Shown here piece by piece: positions 20,526 through 30,674 of a stretch of DNA of 34,912 nt. Source of the DNA: Prasinococcaceae sp. CCMP 1430 (Eukaryota > Plantae > Prasinodermophyta); the NCBI GenBank assembly GCA_013416795.1, contig RQSC01001015.1, forward strand, positions 1-34,912, in the 5' to 3' direction. The number at the start of each line of letters is the position of its first letter. Within the stretch, counting starts at the first letter, position 1. Both the position numbers and the translations under genes were made by a program. Below the pieces are notes generated by a model that saw only the letters and a list, made by a program, of their open reading frames with translations, searched no databases and was not told where the DNA came from.

Positions 20526-21782
20526 TTATGGCGTTTCCGTCAAAAGGGAGGTGAGCCTGACTCCCGGAAACGACAAAATCGGATCACTCGCGCCACCCAA
20601 CCAAAAAAAAAAAAAAAGGTTCGGGGGGGCGTTTTGAGGGGATGTGTGTTCCGGTTTTTCGCGCGGGCGCGCGTACTCCGGCCCGGACCCGTCGAGCGGA
20701 ACGAGGTACCTCACCACCGGCCAGAAGTGGCAGATCGCCGCGACGACCACGTGGACGTGCCAGATGGGGTGCTGCAGGTGCATGGCCTGGTTGATGTAGA
20801 ACGTGAAGCCCACCTTGCGTGCGCGGGAGGGGCGGGGTTGGGCGCGGCGGGGTTGGGGGCGCGTCGCCGTCAGCGCAGGCCCGGCGGGCCCACGGCGCGC
20901 CGCTGGCCAGCGCGTGAGCGGCGGGCTCGCGGGTGAAAGGATCGGGGAGCGCGCGCATCGACGCCGCGCACGCGCGCGCGCCGGGCGCTCGCGCGATGGG
21001 GCTCAGGACGGGCGCCGCGCACCATGTACACAGCGCCGCCCGCGAGCAGCCACCACACCGGCGCCATGTTGTCCCTAAAGCGCTCCACCAGGGCGGGGGC
21101 GATCGCCACCGCGGACCACCCCAGCCCCAAGTAGCCCGCTGCGCGCGCGTGGCGCGGTGCGGCGGGAGTGAGGGCGTCAGACGTGCGCTGGCGGGAAACG
21201 GGGCGCGCGGGTTGGGTTGGTGGGTGGGTGAGTGGGTTGGTGGGGTGGGGTGGGGTGGGGTGGGGTGGGGGATGGGCGGCGGCGCGAAAGGCCAGCCGGT
21301 CAGATCCTCCGGGACGCTCGCTCGCACGCACCCTGGCCGATGCGTTCGAGCTTGACAGCGAGCTTCCTGTCCTCCATGTTGTGCGTGGACCGGCCCAGCT
21401 TGAAGGCGACGCCCAGCGCGCACACGCCCCACACCCAGGCGAGCGCGGCGCGCTTGTGCTCCCAGTCGTGCAGCGCGACGAGCACCCACGGCATGAAGCT
21501 CGCAGAGATCATGACGTAAATGGCCGCATGGTCCAGGCGCCGCAGCACGTCGCACCAGCGCGTCCACCACAGCGTGTTGTACAGCGCGGAGAACCCGAGC
21601 ATGCTCACGATGCCCGCCGCGTACAGCCGCAGCGCGAGCGCCGCCTCGGCGCCCACCGCGGGCATCGACGCCATGCCGACCAGCACGAACGCGCCGGTGA
21701 TCCCCAGCGGCAGCCCGACCGCGTGGACGGCCGCATCGAAGTACAGCTCGGCGAGCGTCGAGTCCTGCATGCGCTGCGGCAT
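20526..21782 (-). CDS. Hemolysin III / PAQR-family membrane protein; introns 21139-21331 and 20814-21022; C-terminal tail uncertain
   Basis: ELYFDAAVHAVG, LRRLDHAAIYVMISASFMPW, GYLGLGW, LLAGGAVYM|VGFTFY, HPIWHVHVVVAAICHF. Both introns have GTGCG donors and restore the frame. Confidence 0.87.
21241..21270 (+). repeat. (TGGGG)6 G-rich tract within HlyIII intron 1
   Basis: Direct reading. Confidence 0.9.
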
Positions 21783-22119
21783 GGCTCGCGTCTCGAGCCC
21801 GAGCCCTCGCCGCCGACGACGACGTTGGCGTCGACGCTGGCGTTGGCGTTGATTGGGGTCGGCGTTGGCGTTGTGGGCCGAGCGAGCGGGCTCTCTGTCC
21901 TGGGGCTCGAGAGCGCTCTGCGGGGTTGCGGCGCGCGCGCGCGCTCTGGGTTGGGCGGGGGGAAAGGCGGCGGCCGCGCGGGGTCCCGCCGCGCCCCGCA
22001 GCGATCCGCGCGCTTCCGCGCCTCCGCCCGCTCGCGCGCCCGCCGCGCCCCTTGCCGCGCCCGCCGCGCGCGCGCCCGCCGCTCCGCCGCTCCGCCCTTC
22101 TCCCCTCTCTCCCAACCCG

Positions 22120-22161
<42 letters not shown>
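22120..22161. repeat. Poly-C homopolymer (42 nt) between the divergent HlyIII and PP2C genes
   Basis: Direct reading; the length may be an artefact. Confidence 0.8.
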
Positions 22162-22368
22162 AGCTGCGGCGTCGGAGAATCGGTGGGTGTCTCCGAGGCG
22201 CCGGGAAGGGCGCGCGCGCCCGCTCCGGAAGCTGCGCGCGGAAGCGCGAGCGGCGCGCGGAAGCGCGGCGCTGCTGCGCGGCAGAGGGGGGGAGGGCGCG
22301 CTGGTGGGGCGGGGCAGGCCTGGGAGGCGGGGTGCTGCGAGTGGGGCGCGTGTCCCCCTGCGACCGCC

Positions 22369-23991
22369 ATGGGCGCCTACCTCGACAAGCCGGAACGCGG
22401 CAAGGACAGCGGCGAGGGCGCCAACGGCGCGTTCGCGTACGGCTTCTCGTCGATGCAGGGGTGGAGGCGCACGCAGGAGGACGCCCACGCGGCGGTGGTC
22501 GACCTCGACGGCGCGGACGCGGCGGCGGGCGCGGAAGAGACGGGATTTTTCGCGGTGTATGACGGCCACGGGGGCGCGGCCGTGGCGCGGTACTGCGCGC
22601 GCCACCTACACGCGCAGCTGCGGAAGTGCGACGCGTACAAGCGCGGCGACGTCGCGGCGGCGCTGACCGAGACGTACCTGCTCATGGACGAGATGATGGC
22701 CACGCGCGAGGCCGAGCTCGAGCTGCGCGAGCTGAGCAAGGACTCGCACGCAAAGCCGCAGATCACGCCGCTGGGCACGAGCATAAAAATTGCGCGCGAA
22801 GAGGAGGACGGCGGCGTGGTCGAGGACGACGTCTGCGACGTCATGGAAATTGGCGTGCCGAAGGTCGTCTTGGACAAGCTGCGCTCCGGCTCGATCGGCA
22901 AGAACGGCGACATCACCATCAGCGTTGAGTCCACGCCAGTCGTCGGTGGTGCCAACGACGGCGGCGAGGCCCGCGTGCTCGTCGACGCTGGCGCTGCCGC
23001 CAGCGAAGTCGCGGCCAGGGCGGCAGGCGCGGCCGCCAGTGCGGTGGACGCGATGCAAACGACGCCTGACAACGGATCGATCGAGAAGAAGCGCGCGCGC
23101 GCTGCCGACGGTGCCGCTGACGAGCACGGCATCGAGCGCGACGAGGACGAGGGCAAGCGCGCGTGCAACTCGAGCGCCGGCGAGGGTGGCGATGACGAGG
23201 AGGGCATCTACGTGACACCGCCGGGGCAGACCGTCGCAACCGCGGACGATCTCCTCCCGCCGACCACCGGCGGGCTGGTGTCAGGCCCCGCGGCGGGCTG
23301 CACGGCGGTGGTGGCGGTGGTGCGCGGAAACTCTCTCGTGGTTGCGAACTGCGGCGACAGCCGGTGCGTGCTATCGCGTGGCGGCGCCGCGGTGGCGCTG
23401 AGCCGCGACCACAAGCCCGAGGACCCCGAGGAACTCAAACGCATTGAGAAGGCCAAGTGCTTCGTTGCCGACGGGCGCGTGAATGGAGTGCTCAATCTCA
23501 GCCGTGCGATCGGGGACTCGGAGTTCAAGCAGAGCAAAGAGGTACCCGCGGCCGAACAGGCGGTGACGGCAATGCCTGAGATCATGACGCAGACGTTGCG
23601 ACTCAGTGCCGATGCATCGGAGGGAGAGGATGCGGACGCGCTGGACGAGTTCCTCGTGCTCGGTTGCGATGGGATCTTTGACGTGAAGACCAACCAAGAG
23701 GTTGTCGATTTTGTGCGGGAGCAACTTGCCCAGGGCACCGGGCTACGCGAGGCCGCCGAGGCGCTGCTCGACGACTGCCTGGCGCCGGATTGCGGGGGCA
23801 GCGGCGTCGGCTGCGACAACATGAGTGCAGTCGTGGTGACGTTTGGGACGCAGGCACAGGCCTTCCCGGGCGGTGAGCACGCCGAGCGCCTGAAGGCTTC
23901 CGGCGGCGCGAAGGTGGTCGGAGGCAGTAGCGGCGCTGACGGCGGCGGGCTGCCTCCCCTCGCGTCGGCGCTTTCCATGACGCGCCGCTGA
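22369..23991 (+). CDS. PP2C/PPM phosphatase of the N-myristoylated PPM1G/Ptc2-like type, with an acidic insert
   Basis: MGAYLDKP, SMQGWRRTQEDAH, FFAVYDGHGG, AGCTAVV, VANCGDSRCVLSR, DHKP, LNLSRAIGD, FLVLGCDGIFDV, GCDNMS. Confidence 0.93.
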   Translation: MGAYLDKPERGKDSGEGANGAFAYGFSSMQGWRRTQEDAHAAVVDLDGADAAAGAEETGFFAVYDGHGGAAVARYCARHLHAQLRKCDAYKRGDVAAALTETYLLMDEMMATREAELELRELSKDSHAKPQITPLGTSIKIAREEEDGGVVEDDVCDVMEIGVPKVVLDKLRSGSIGKNGDITISVESTPVVGGANDGGEARVLVDAGAAASEVAARAAGAAASAVDAMQTTPDNGSIEKKRARAADGAADEHGIERDEDEGKRACNSSAGEGGDDEEGIYVTPPGQTVATADDLLPPTTGGLVSGPAAGCTAVVAVVRGNSLVVANCGDSRCVLSRGGAAVALSRDHKPEDPEELKRIEKAKCFVADGRVNGVLNLSRAIGDSEFKQSKEVPAAEQAVTAMPEIMTQTLRLSADASEGEDADALDEFLVLGCDGIFDVKTNQEVVDFVREQLAQGTGLREAAEALLDDCLAPDCGGSGVGCDNMSAVVVTFGTQAQAFPGGEHAERLKASGGAKVVGGSSGADGGGLPPLASALSMTRR

Positions 23992-24202
23992 GCTGAGCTC
24001 GCGCGTTGGGGGATGTACACTAAGCACACAGCCGCCCCCCGACCGCTAGCCAGCGTGAACTACTACTCGTGAGCTAGCTTGCGGCGTTCGTGAATAAGTA
24101 TGATGAGTTTCACTCGCTGTGCCCGCAGGCGTCGTCGCCTCGCTCAGGCCTGCCCCAGGGGAGCGGCGTCACGCAGCGCGGCGGTGGGTGTCGCCCTCCC
24201 GC

Positions 24203-27200
24203 TCAGCATCCGGCGGCATCATGCAGTGCAGCGATACGGTACGCGACCTCTGCGGACGTGAGCGCCGTGCCTGCGTTCGCGGCCGAGCCTGCCAACGGAA
24301 GCGTGCTCCAGTGGTACCACTGAGTGCTCACCTGAGCCGGATCCAGCATCTGCTCCACCGCAACGCAGCAGAGCAGCATGTCCAGCGGCGTGGCGGCCTC
24401 CTCGACCATTGTGCTCCACGCAGCTCCGCGCGCGCTCGCGCGCTCGCGCGCGCCCACGCAGCGCTCGAAGATCGCGTGCAGCTGCCGACGCAGCCGCTGG
24501 AACGTGCGAGCGTTGGCGACCTCGGGGGTTTCTGCAGGCTCCGCCTCGCCCGCCTCTGCGCCCCCGGACGCCTCCGGCGGCAGGCTGCCCTCCTGGGCGC
24601 CGTCGCCGCCGTTGCTGGCGCGAGCACCGGCGATGTGCACGTCGACGTCCACGGGGCCGCCACCGTTCTCACGGGCCTCCGAGTCGGCCTCAGCGGCGAC
24701 TTTGGCCTCCTCGGCGGCAGTTGCCGCCTTGTGTGCAACCAGTAGCTGCTGCAGCTCCACACGCAGCGGCCCTTCGCACAGGCCCGCGGGCTGCAGCCAC
24801 GCCACGAGGTCCTGAATTTTGCCCACGCCTGTGTACACTACCCACTCGTCACCCGCGCGGTCTGTCGGAATTCGCGCCTCCTCTTTCGGGTCGCCTTCGC
24901 CAGAACGACTCGCTGCGGCTGCGATGGCCGCGTTGGCGGCGGCGCTGTCGGACTGCACGTACAGCGTCCCGTCGTCGCCTCCGAGCACCCAGTAGCGCCG
25001 CGCTAGGCGGTCCACGCCGAGCATGGCGCGCCGCGTGCCACGCTTGCGCTGCTGCAGCATGGCCTCGCGCATCGCGGCTTCAACCTCCAGGCGCTCGGCC
25101 TTGCGCTTGGCCCTGAGCTCCTCGAGGGTGGGCTCTCGCGGCACGATCTGGGGGTCGGCGCCTGTGCCTTCCGGGGCGCTGTTCGCAGCGGCCTTCGCCG
25201 CGCCTTTGCCATCATTTCCGCACTCCTTGCCCTGCGCACCTGTGTGGATGGGATCAGCGTTCTCGTCGCCCGACGTCTGGTGCTGCTGACCAGGACTACC
25301 CTCGCCCTCACCGCCCTTGGCGTCCCCGTTCGCCTCCACGGGGCCCAATTCGTCGTCGGAAGCAACGGCGCCGTCGTCGCCAGCGCCAGCGGCGTCCTTG
25401 GGCCCGCCCTGCGGGTCGCTTCCGCACGTTTTGTTTGCCTTCATTATGCGCACATCCTTGAGCACCTCCTTGTGGCGCCTGCGCAACGAGCGCAGCTTGT
25501 TCTTGAGCGGGTGCGTAACCTCCGTGTCGGCGTCAAGGACCGCGCGCAGCCCATCGCTCTCGATGGCAATCTGGCAGAGCTCGTGAAGGAGCTCCACGCG
25601 CTCAACCTGCTCCAGCCGATGGTACTCCGTGCTCCTCATGCGTTTCACCAGCGCAGCCTTGGCCTGGATGTGCTTGCCCACGGCGCCGCGCAGCGCCGGC
25701 GTGCGCCGGCGCACGGGTTTGTTCGGCTCCATGTACGACAAGAAGTGGCTTGCCAGGAAGGAGTCCTTGGGTGCGCCCTCGGCCTCCTGCCCCTCGATGT
25801 CGCCGCCGATCATTTGCTTCGCGTATGGCACCCGGACTTTTGGCCTGCGGTTGACCTCGACGCACCGCGGACAGCGCCACACGCCCTCGGGCACAGCTGT
25901 AAGCGACACACACCACAGGTGGTACTCACCGTCGCAAGCATCGCAGACCACCTGTTGCTTGGGCTGATTTGTGCACATGCACACGCGGCATCCTTGGCGG
26001 TCCCACGTCGCCCTCGGCAGCTCATGCGCCGGATCTTCCGACAGGCGCTCCTCCTCGAGGATCGCCACGATGCGGCCCTGCGCGGCGTCGCAGAACTTGG
26101 CAATCGCTCCGCGCTTGCCCTGCCACGAAAAGACGCGCCGCAGGTTGCCAAACACGAGCCTGACTCCCGAGAGGAACCAGTCGGCGACAGTGTCAGGGCC
26201 CTGACCTGTCGGGTACGCGCCCGCCTCGAGCCGCGCGTCGAGCGTGCGCAGGTCCAGAGGGTAGGACATCGTTGAGGCGTGCTCGCCGTCGTAGTCTTCC
26301 TCCTCGCCGCAGCCGCCCTGTATCGTGATCATTTGGAAGGTGTTGTCGATAACGCCCTGGTCGTACTGCTTGCAGGCCATCCCATCGACGGCCATCACGC
26401 GCCGCAGCGCGAAGCGGCACGCACGTGCGACAGACTCCTCGGCGGCGGCAATGCCAGCCTCGGCGCGCTCGCCCGCGTCTGATGCGCGCGCCATGCGCTC
26501 TCTCAAGAGCCTCTCGGCGGTCGCGAGGAAGGAGGCATCGTCGCTGGTGGCGAGCGCGGACTCTGCGACGCCCATCCCGCCCTGAAGAAAACTGCACGTC
26601 GCGCAGCCGCCCGCAGGACATTTGAGCTGGCGAGCGCGAGAGAGGTTCGGCAGGCCCGTAGCAGCTGCGGCCGCTGCGGCCAGACCAGCATCGGCAGGCG
26701 CGCCGCTGTCCTCGTCGATCGTCATACAGAACCGCCCGATGGAGCGTTCAAGCACAAGTCGCGCGCACGCGGGCCAGCTGTCCTCAGTCTGCGGCGGTGG
26801 GGCGAAGTCGTCCGGTCGGCTGACGCTCGCCTCGAGCAGCTTGAGGTGCAGGTTGGCAACGCGCGTGGTGGCAGCTGGAGACGCGCGCGGGGCCATCAGC
26901 AGCCGCGCGAGCTCGTGCGGCGAGGGTACGTCGCTCTCGGCGAGCCCCAGCAGCGTGTGAAAGCGCCGCAACATCTCCCAGATTGACAGCAACCTCGCGG
27001 ACATCTCGCCTCCCGCAGACACAGGGTCGACGACCAGCGGCGTGCCTCTCGGCGGTGGCGTCTCGAAGCCACTCAGCAAGTGGTCGGGCACGCTGCTGGC
27101 CTTGAGGACGATCGTGGCCGCTGCGCGTTCGCGAGCCTCCTCCTCTTCGGCCAGGCGCTCCGCCTCCGCCTCGCAGGCCTCCTCGAACTCGAGCGCCAAA

Positions 27201-29018
27201 CGCTCGGCCTCGCGCTCCTCCCTCTCGGCTTCCTTGGCCGCCAGGCGGTCGGCCCTAGCCTGCGCGCGTTTCTCCTCCCTGAGCCGCGCTGCCTCCTCGC
27301 GGGCGCTGGCTTTGGCTTCCAGGCGAGCGCGCCTCGCTGCCTCGCGGCTGGCCTCGCGCTGCGCCTGTAGCTCCTGCTTCTGTTGGTACTGTGCGGCCAC
27401 TTCCAACGCACGCATCGATGCAGCGGCGGCACGCTCCGCGTTGGTCGCGGTGGCAACCGCTGCCGCAGCGGCCTTCTGCTGATGGGAAACGCTGCGACCG
27501 AGCGTGCCGCGACGGTCGGCGCGCGGGTCATCGGGCGGCAGGACGTTCTTGTCCTCCCACACGCGCAGCTCTGCCTCGCTCTCCCAGGTTCCCCACTGCT
27601 CGACGTACGCGTAATTTTCGCACTCGGGCACGCCCTCGAGGCCCTCGAGGCGGCGGAGCACACTTGGTTCGTCCAGGCCGCTCCAGAACAGGGGGAGCTG
27701 CTGCGGCAGGGAAAAGTGCGTCGCCGGCTGACGAAGGGCCCGCGAGTGCGCGGCGCACAGGCGTTTGTCAAGGGCAGGCCGCGCGTGCGCGCGTGGGAGC
27801 GAGGCGATTGGGAGGGTGTCAGCGGGCGGGTGCAAAGGCGGCACGCCGGCAGGCCAGCTTGCGCGCCCCACGAATGTGGCTGCGCTGGCCGGCTCAGATA
27901 AGCTTTTATATGGTCGAGTATCAGCACGGCGAGCACCCGCTCGCTACGTTGGTGATGCATGTGAGGTTGTGTCATCACGGTTGCCGCCATGGAAGGGAAA
28001 AGGTGCGACCCAGCGCTGCACGGCGTGCGCGCGCACCCATTTCGCGCGCGCGCACCTTCTCCGCTGTGACGGCACGAGGCACAGGCTGGTCCTGCCACGC
28101 GTCGTCGGCCGCAAGGGCCCTCACCTCGGCCTCGCTCACGACGGCCTCGCCGCTTTCCAGCAGGGCCGACATCGCTATCGCCGCCGCGGCGCTGGGCGCC
28201 GGCATGCCGTTGCCGCCGGGCAATGCAGCCGCTGCATCGCCACCGCCGCGGCCGCCGTCCTCCGCGCTGTCGCCGCCGCCATCCCCGACGCACAGCGCAC
28301 CACCTTCGGCGGCGGCGCCGCCTGCGCTGCCCCCGCCGCCGCTGCCGCCAACTGCATCTGCGCTGGCACCCGCGACGGCGCCGTCGAGGAAGCTCTGGTC
28401 GGCGGCGAGCTCGCGGATTTCACGCATGCTGCACAGCGCGCGGTCGAGCTCGCTCGGACATTCGCCACCGCCGCCCCTGCCAACGACATCGGTGCCGCCG
28501 CCGACGGCGGCGGCGCCGTCCGCGTCGCGCTTGCGCTTCCCGCACCGGCCGCTCGCGAGGTCCGCGTCGAGCTTTGCGCGCGCCTTCTTGTACTTCACCT
28601 TGATGGCATCGATGGTGAGGCCCTCGAGCACCAGCACCTCGCGCTCGCGGCGCACGAGAGCGCCGGCGCCGCCCTCGCCACCGCCGCCGCCGTCGACCTC
28701 CATTCCCTGAGGTCCACCGCTTTGCGCGCCAGGCGGCCCCTGCTGCTGCTCGCCGGGGCTACCTCGCTCGCCCACGGGCCGCCCCTCCTCGCCACCAGCC
28801 TGGAGCGGCTCGAGCCACTCGTGGGTGATAGTGAGGCGCACGACGGGCACCACGCGGCCGAACACGCCCTTGCCGAGGACGACGTCGGTGCGCAGCACGA
28901 GGCCGGTGTCGTCGTCGCGGTAGGTGGCGGCGTAGCCCAGCGGTAGCAGCAGCAGATTCTTCATCAGGTCCGAGTGCGGCCTCGAGAGCTCGCCGAGCCA
29001 GTGCACGGTGAGGCCCGG
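24203..29018 (-). CDS. MBD9: MBD9-like chromatin protein (FYRN/FYRC, DDT-like, bromodomain-like, PHD, WHIM/WSD); intron 27701-28055; 5' end unresolved
   Basis: [10 protein letters not shown]...PLGY...DDDTG (FYRN-like), [23 protein letters not shown] (FYRC-like), CRFALRRV...[24 protein letters not shown]...[12 protein letters not shown]...[25 protein letters not shown]...[10 protein letters not shown]. The block order matches plant MBD9 from memory. Confidence 0.8.
27887..27988 (-). ncRNA. Candidate intronic C/D-box snoRNA
   Basis: Box C GTGATGA at 27978-27972, CTGA at 27924-27921 (D') and CTGA at 27897-27894 (D), with a short terminal stem. It lies inside the MBD9-like intron on the same strand. 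Target not verified. Confidence 0.35.
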
Positions 29019-30035
29019 CGCGTGGCGCGCGTCGCCGCGCACATCTGCGGAGGCGGCGCGGCGGCGACCGCCGGCGCTTTCAATGTTGCCGTGCTGGGCG
29101 CAGCGGGCGGCATCGGTCAGCCGCTGTCGCTGCTACTCAAACAGTCGCCGCTGGTTGGCTCTCTGCGCCTGTACGACATCGCGAACACCCCCGGCGTGAC
29201 CGCGGACCTGAGCCACGTCGACTCGGCTGCGCTCGTCCGCGGCTTCACGGGCGACGCCGAGCTGGATGAGTGCCTCAGTGGGTGCGATCTCGTGGTGATC
29301 CCTGCGGGGATTCCACGTAAGCCAGGTATGACGCGGGACGACCTGTTCAAGATCAACGTGGGCATCGTGCGCGCTCTCGTCAAGGGCGTCGCGCGCGCTT
29401 GCCCGCGCGCGCTCGTGGCGGTGATCTCCAACCCCGTCAACTCGACCGTCGCCATCGCCGCCGAGACGCTCAAAGAGGCGGGCTGCTACGACCCGCGCCG
29501 GCTGTTCGGCGTGACGACACTCGACGTGGTCCGCGCGAACACCTTCCTGGCGGAAGTCGCGGGGCTGCCCGCGGGCACGGTGGAGGTGCCCGTGATCGGT
29601 GGCCACGCTGGCGTCACCATCCTGCCGCTGCTCAGCCAGGCGACGCCGCAGATCGCGCTGTCCGACGCCGAGGCGGTCCAGCTCACCGAGCGCATCCAGA
29701 ACGGCGGCACCGAGGTCGTCAAGGCGAAGGCGGGCGCGGGCTCGGCGACGCTGTCGATGGCCTATGCGGCGGCACGCTTCTCGGAGTCGTGTCTGCGCGG
29801 TCTGCGCGGCGACCCGGGCGTGGTCGAGTGCGCGTTCGTGCAAAGCGAGCTCACCGCCGCGCCGTTCTTCGCGTCGCGCGTCGTCCTCGGTCGCAACGGC
29901 GTCGAGTCCGTGCTGCCGCTGGGGCCGTTGTCGGTCTCCGAGCGGGCAGGCATGGACACGGCGCTGCCCGAGCTCAACAAGTCTATAGCGAAGGGTGTCG
30001 CTTTTGCCAAGGAGGCCGCCGCTGCTGGCAAATGA
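29001..30035 (+). CDS. PMDH: NAD-malate dehydrogenase, peroxisomal/glyoxysomal type; start codon unresolved (GTG at 29001 proposed)
   Basis: [93 protein letters not shown]2-like RVARVAAHI followed by Cys; TGA at 30033-30035 and TGTAA at 30145. Confidence 0.92.
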   Translation: MHGEARRVARVAAHICGGGAAATAGAFNVAVLGAAGGIGQPLSLLLKQSPLVGSLRLYDIANTPGVTADLSHVDSAALVRGFTGDAELDECLSGCDLVVIPAGIPRKPGMTRDDLFKINVGIVRALVKGVARACPRALVAVISNPVNSTVAIAAETLKEAGCYDPRRLFGVTTLDVVRANTFLAEVAGLPAGTVEVPVIGGHAGVTILPLLSQATPQIALSDAEAVQLTERIQNGGTEVVKAKAGAGSATLSMAYAAARFSESCLRGLRGDPGVVECAFVQSELTAAPFFASRVVLGRNGVESVLPLGPLSVSERAGMDTALPELNKSIAKGVAFAKEAAAAGK

Positions 30036-30179
30036 GTGCCGGGGCACCGCGAGCATTCGAGGGTGCCCGCACACGCCCGCGCACCCCGCGCGCACGCACT
30101 GAACACCCCCGTGGCAGCTATTATACCCAACCTGGGTCGGCACGTGTAAAGTCACGATAAGGCGCCCACCGCATTGTAC

Positions 30180-30255
30180 AATACGACTACGCACATTCAA
30201 GCAGCACCGCATGCTCGCTTCGGTCGGACACTTCTGCCGCGCGTGTGCTCGCGGT
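30180..30255. repeat. Direct repeat, left copy (partner at 32299-32381)
   Basis: The core GCAGCACCGCATGCTCGCTTCGGTCGG (30201-30227) is identical to 32327-32353, and the flanks align with substitutions and small indels. Confidence 0.9.
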
Positions 30256-30361
30256 CGTGGAGGTTTCTGTGCGGGTGTGCGCGCGAGTGTGTATGAGAGA
30301 GTGCGCGTGTCATTGCATGTGCTACAACAGTTGTTGCGTTACGCGATGACACCACACGTAA

Positions 30362-30674
30362 AGACCCCGAACCCTCATCAGGCTCGTGGACAGGCCCCTC
30401 AACATGCTCCGATGCGGAGTGCCTCACCTCGGCGGAGTCCAGACCCCGAACCCTCATCAGGCTCGTTGCCAGGCCCCTCAACATGCTCCGATGCGGAGTG
30501 CCTCACCTCGGCGGAGTCCAGACCCCGAACCCTCATCAGGCTCGTTGCCAGGCCCCTCAACATGCTCCGATGCGGAGTGCGCCTCACCTCGGCGGAGTCC
30601 AGACCCCGAAGCCTCAGCAGGCTTGTTGCCAGCCCCCTCAACATGCTTCGATGCGGAGTGCGCATCACCTCGGC
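30362..30674. repeat. 79 bp minisatellite, ~4 copies (units start at 30362, 30441, 30520, 30601)
   Basis: Unit AGACCCCGAACCCTCATCAGGCTCGTTGCCAGGCCCCTCAACATGCTCCGATGCGGAGTGCCTCACCTCGGCGGAGTCC. The third unit is 81 bp and the fourth is diverged. Confidence 0.95.

Noticed and set aside
269-21782. 'Immunity cluster' of EDS5-like MATE, LysM and hemolysin III
   Set aside because: The genes are far apart and interspersed with unrelated housekeeping genes; nothing suggests co-regulation.
24099-24105. ATGATGA box-C-like motif between the PP2C and MBD9-like 3' ends
   Set aside because: No suitably placed CTGA box D or terminal stem.
30362-30674. CRISPR-like array (repeats with an internal palindrome)
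   Set aside because: The units are contiguous and near-identical over their full length, with no unique spacers and no cas genes, in a eukaryotic context.
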